From NCBI GenBank assembly GCA_964218365.1, contig CAXPMI010000031.1, forward strand, positions 9,940 through 73,939: 64,000 bases of DNA, in the 5' to 3' direction. Positions within the stretch are counted from its first letter, which is position 1. Every line of letters starts with the position of its first letter. Position numbers and translations under genes: made by a program. The notes under the pieces are model-generated. The model was not told where the DNA came from, ran no database searches, and saw only the letters and a program-made list of their open reading frames with translations. This document shows positions 60,627 through 64,000 of the stretch, in pieces. Origin of the DNA: Candidatus Poseidoniaceae archaeon. Its GTDB lineage: Archaea; Thermoplasmatota; Poseidoniia; Poseidoniales; Poseidoniaceae.

Positions 60627-61865
60627 GTGACCAATATCACGGCGATAGTGAGAGCCGGCCAACTCGATTTGCTCAATTAGGGAGTAAGCCTTCGCAGAGG
60701 CTTCTTGCAAATCATTACCAATACCTGTACAAGATAATACTCTTCCACCGTTTGAAAGAAGAACTCCATCTTCCATCTTTGTGCCAGCATGATTTACCCA
60801 AGAATCATCTCCTGAATCTGGTAGATTTCTAATTTTCCTACCCTTCTCAACTGATCCTGGGTAGTTTTCTGCTGCAAGAACAACCGTCATTGCATGTTTG
60901 TTGTGGAATTCAACATTTAAATTCGATAATTTGTCTACCGAGGCAGCGTGTAGTACATCTCCCAAATCTGTTGCGATTAGAGGGATTGTGATTTGGCATT
61001 CTGGGTCTCCAAATCTGACATTGAATTCTACAACATATGGGTCCCCGTGCTCATCGATCATCAGCCCTACGTAGAGCACTCCACGGTATGGAATTCTGCG
61101 AGAAGAAAGGGCTTTGTGCATTGGCTCAACGATTCTCTTCACGGTTTTTTCCTTGACTGAATCTGTGTAAACTGGAGCAGGAGCATAAGCACCCATTCCA
61201 CCAGTATTTCGGCCTTTATCACCTTCAAACTCACGCTTGTGGTCTTGGCTAGCCGGCAAACAAACGTACCCACTTCCGTCCATAACAACAAGCATACTTG
61301 CTTCTTCGCCAGGAAGGAAGGCCTCTAACAGTACCTTGCCGTCTGTTCTGATTGAATCTGTAATGAATTCCTTAGCTTCGTCTCGATCTGTTGTGACCAC
61401 AACTCCCTTTCCACCAGCAAGAACGTCTCTCTTGATTACCCATGGATTGTCGGAAAAGTCGTCCAATGCTGAATCAACATCGCTATTCTTGTCCAAAACG
61501 TGGAAGTCAGCAGTTGGAACTCCATTTTCTTTCATCACTTGCTTTGCATGCAGTTTACTCCCCTCAAGTCTAGCAAGGGCAGCGACTGGACCGAAGCAAG
61601 GAATATCCATCTTTGCCAATTTGTCAGAAAGACCTTCACACAGTGGAGCCTCAGGACCGGCAACGACAAAATCAACCTGTAACTGGAAAGCAAGATGAAC
61701 TAAATCTGAAACTTGGTTAAACGAGTGGTTAGTTGCGATTTCTGCGGTTCCAGCATTTCCAGGAGCACAGTGAATTTCACTGATGGATTGACTCTTTGCA
61801 AGACCTAGACAAAGGGCGTGTTCCCTGCCCCCTCCACCGACAACAAGGACCGTCATACCTGCCAT
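60615..61865 (-). CDS. purD: Phosphoribosylamine--glycine ligase (GAR synthetase).
   Basis: MTVLVVGGGGREHALCLGLAKS N-terminus and an ATP-grasp core. The track ORF start at 61967 would overlap carS; the conserved start maps near 61865. Confidence 0.88.
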   Translation of the reverse strand: MAGMTVLVVGGGGREHALCLGLAKSQSISEIHCAPGNAGTAEIATNHSFNQVSDLVHLAFQLQVDFVVAGPEAPLCEGLSDKLAKMDIPCFGPVAALARLEGSKLHAKQVMKENGVPTADFHVLDKNSDVDSALDDFSDNPWVIKRDVLAGGKGVVVTTDRDEAKEFITDSIRTDGKVLLEAFLPGEEASMLVVMDGSGYVCLPASQDHKREFEGDKGRNTGGMGAYAPAPVYTDSVKEKTVKRIVEPMHKALSSRRIPYRGVLYVGLMIDEHGDPYVVEFNVRFGDPECQITIPLIATDLGDVLHAASVDKLSNLNVEFHNKHAMTVVLAAENYPGSVEKGRKIRNLPDSGDDSWVNHAGTKMEDGVLLSNGGRVLSCTGIGNDLQEASAKAYSLIEQIELAGSHYRRDIGHRAL

Positions 61866-61953
61866 GTTGCTTCCATAATAGTGAGGCTCATAAGCCCATC
61901 GCGAGGGGATTTTATCCACTGAGTTCAAAGGCCTAATCGTACAGCATGATATC

Positions 61954-62562
61954 ATGGAAGATTTCAACGTCTTCGAAATGATGTTGTTTACGCTTTGGAT
62001 TTACTTGCCCGGGTTTTTGGTCAATACCTTTGCAATGATGTGGGGTAAGTGGCTACCAAAAACTGGTTATGGCCCTTGGCCTATCGACGGAGGAAGGTTA
62101 CACAAAGATGGCAATCGACTACTTGGAGACGGTAAGACCTGGAATGGATTGATTGGAGGCTCCCTAACCAGTGGACTGCTTTGCTACCTCATGACAATGG
62201 TTCCGGAGAATTGGGTTTTCATTTCACCAACCGAAGCAGCGACAGGATGGGCAGCAGGTGCATTCGTAATGGGCACCTTCCTCGGATTTACGAGCCTGGT
62301 TGGAGATTCAACTGGTTCTTATTTCAAGAGACGCAAGGGCATGAAGAGAGAAGGTGATGTATCCAGTAAAGCACCTCTTCTTGACACACTACCATTTGCA
62401 ATCTCAGTCTTCGTCTTTGGTCAAATCTTCCTGACTGGTTCTGCACACGGTGATAGAGATTTGATTCTTCCAATGGTCTTGTTGGTAGTAATCACACCGG
62501 TTTTACACAGGTCATTCAATCTAATCGGATACAAGATTGGGTGGAAAGATGTGCCATATTGA
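61954..62562 (+). CDS. carS: CDP-archaeol synthase (CDP-2,3-bis-O-geranylgeranyl-sn-glycerol synthase).
   Basis: About 200-aa polytopic membrane protein with LGDGKTWNGLIGG (CarS GKTW motif) and a conserved DxxD-like region. Confidence 0.65.
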   Translation: MEDFNVFEMMLFTLWIYLPGFLVNTFAMMWGKWLPKTGYGPWPIDGGRLHKDGNRLLGDGKTWNGLIGGSLTSGLLCYLMTMVPENWVFISPTEAATGWAAGAFVMGTFLGFTSLVGDSTGSYFKRRKGMKREGDVSSKAPLLDTLPFAISVFVFGQIFLTGSAHGDRDLILPMVLLVVITPVLHRSFNLIGYKIGWKDVPY

Positions 62563-62612
62563 TGAATAATGAAGGGGTATGATTCATTTGCTCTTTAGAT
62601 AGAGCAGTCATT

Positions 62613-64000
62613 ATGCGAAGAGCCCTATTCTTGACTCTGATAATTTTGATTGGTCTTCCAATTGCTAATGCCACCCAGATTACTGCCGACACTGAAGATA
62701 GCGCATCCGGCACACTCTCAGGAGAATATACCGTCGAGAGTGGCGCAACATGGACAGTATCCGGCGACTATGATATCGAGGAAGGAACAACTGTCACAGT
62801 TGAAGATGGAGCAACTATGGTTATTTCAGGTTCAATGAGTGCTGTCGCTGAACCAATGCTAAATCTAGCTGGGACCGCAAATGTGTTGGTCGATGTTGAT
62901 TTCTTGGGCGAGGAGGGAGTTCTTCGAATTAACTTTGCAGAAGAAATTCTCTACGGCATTGATATCGAGATAAATAACGAAACTACAGAAAATTGGACTG
63001 GAACTCAGTTCGACTGGAATGGTAGCCTAGATGTTGAAGCAATAACAGTAAACATAACGACAAATCCTTTCCAGATTTCTTCTATCGAATCTGTAACCTT
63101 ATCCCCACAGATGAACACACCAGTACTGCTAGCTGCAGACCAACTATCTGGCAACGGGACATCACTAGTTATCCCTGACAGGCTAAATGCTTGGAGCATC
63201 GACGTCCAGGGAACATTGATCGTTTCTGGATCCGTATTTGGAGCAGGAATCACTTGTCATGGTATATGTTCATTGGATGGTGCAAACATGACTAGCACAG
63301 GACCTATCGAAGTATTTGGTGAAATTTCTGTAATTGATTCTAGTCTAAATGGAGGAATTAGTGATGAAGATATCATCATTTGGGATGATGCACAAGTCAC
63401 ATGGTCAAACTCAACAGGAACTGGAGACATGACCGACAATTGGGTTAACATTCTAACAACCCGCACTGTAGGAGTCCAAAACGGCTATGTCGTATTCTAT
63501 GGATATGAAATGGGGTATGATTCAGTAAGTACATCTCCATTAGGGGATAACAGCACATTCGATGCTGCTAACATGGGTGATAATGTAATCGAAATAGCCA
63601 TTGATGAGCGAGATCGAATGGTTCGCTGGCAAGACGGGGCAGGAGTAATTCACGAGGAGAGTGCGAGTGCTCTGGTCGTTCTATCAACTCCATGGGGAGA
63701 CTATGAGCAACAAATCAACGACCTTCCAAAGGTCAACCATTTCGATGTAGTACTAGATTTACCAATGCTTACTTTTGATTCATTGGTTGAAAGCGATGAT
63801 GAGAGTAGCGTAAACACAAGACTGGGTATTATGGCTACAGTAACTAATAGCGGAGATGCTCCTGCAACTTTCCTCATACCATGCACATCAAATGGTACTG
63901 ATGCAAACGTCGGACTATCCCTACCTTACACTGCTGACGCCGGTGAAACTGTTGAGATCCCGATGAACTGGGACTCAGCAAATGAAGGAGAATTAACTCT
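62613..64000 (+). CDS. Partial CDS (continues beyond window end) encoding a secreted protein of at least 462 aa with a signal peptide. It is likely another large surface protein.
   Basis: Hand translation from ATG 62613 (MRRALFLTLIILIGLPIANATQITADTEDS...) is open to position 64000. Thr/Asp/Gly-rich with many N-x-S/T sequons. It is absent from the track because it has no in-window stop. Confidence 0.6.
   Translation, partial: MRRALFLTLIILIGLPIANATQITADTEDSASGTLSGEYTVESGATWTVSGDYDIEEGTTVTVEDGATMVISGSMSAVAEPMLNLAGTANVLVDVDFLGEEGVLRINFAEEILYGIDIEINNETTENWTGTQFDWNGSLDVEAITVNITTNPFQISSIESVTLSPQMNTPVLLAADQLSGNGTSLVIPDRLNAWSIDVQGTLIVSGSVFGAGITCHGICSLDGANMTSTGPIEVFGEISVIDSSLNGGISDEDIIIWDDAQVTWSNSTGTGDMTDNWVNILTTRTVGVQNGYVVFYGYEMGYDSVSTSPLGDNSTFDAANMGDNVIEIAIDERDRMVRWQDGAGVIHEESASALVVLSTPWGDYEQQINDLPKVNHFDVVLDLPMLTFDSLVESDDESSVNTRLGIMATVTNSGDAPATFLIPCTSNGTDANVGLSLPYTADAGETVEIPMNWDSANEGELT

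Noticed and set aside
1-64000. CRISPR arrays, transposases, integrases and other mobile-element signatures.
   Set aside because: No evenly spaced direct repeats, no DDE/HUH/tyrosine-recombinase-like ORFs and no flanking tRNA were seen. The accessory-looking block appears to be made of cell-surface genes rather than mobile DNA, though compositional analysis was not possible.

Overview
This 64-kb window reads as a euryarchaeal chromosome segment; the guess of a marine Poseidoniales/MGII-like or related lineage is inferred only from gene content and acidic secreted proteins. Conserved housekeeping genes (archaeal type-II GAPDH, pheT, rnhB, gltX, rps15, an ArcS-like archaeosine synthase, dnaJ, purD, carS) are interspersed with an unusually large cell-surface module. 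That module holds four giant ORFs of 1785, 1895, 1446 and 3179 aa. The 3179-aa gene is an STT3/AglB oligosaccharyltransferase (WWDYG, TIXE and EL1 acidic motifs seen directly) fused to about ten extra N-terminal TM helices and a roughly 2200-aa extracellular domain array. The other giants are a thrombospondin-type-3 (DxDxDGxxDGxE) repeat protein, a parallel beta-helix protein and a W/N-rich adhesin, each with signal peptide, and some share a TM anchor plus a cytoplasmic Pro-rich/GW tail. Between them lie a membrane-anchored subtilase, a wHTH–NB-ARC(STAND)–TPR regulator, and a three-gene operon of archaeal type-IV-pilin-like (class III signal peptide) proteins. Other notable items are a fasciclin x3 + plastocyanin-like cupredoxin protein ending in a PGF-CTERM archaeosortase signal, and a pyroglutamyl-peptidase–MutT/Nudix fusion. 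There is also a recurring family of GAGCCC...GGGCTC palindromic hairpins placed exactly at stop codons. No rRNA, tRNA, CRISPR or transposase-like genes were recognisable by eye. Two additional partial CDSs run off each window edge. All product calls rest on motif recognition in the supplied translations; no database search was possible.
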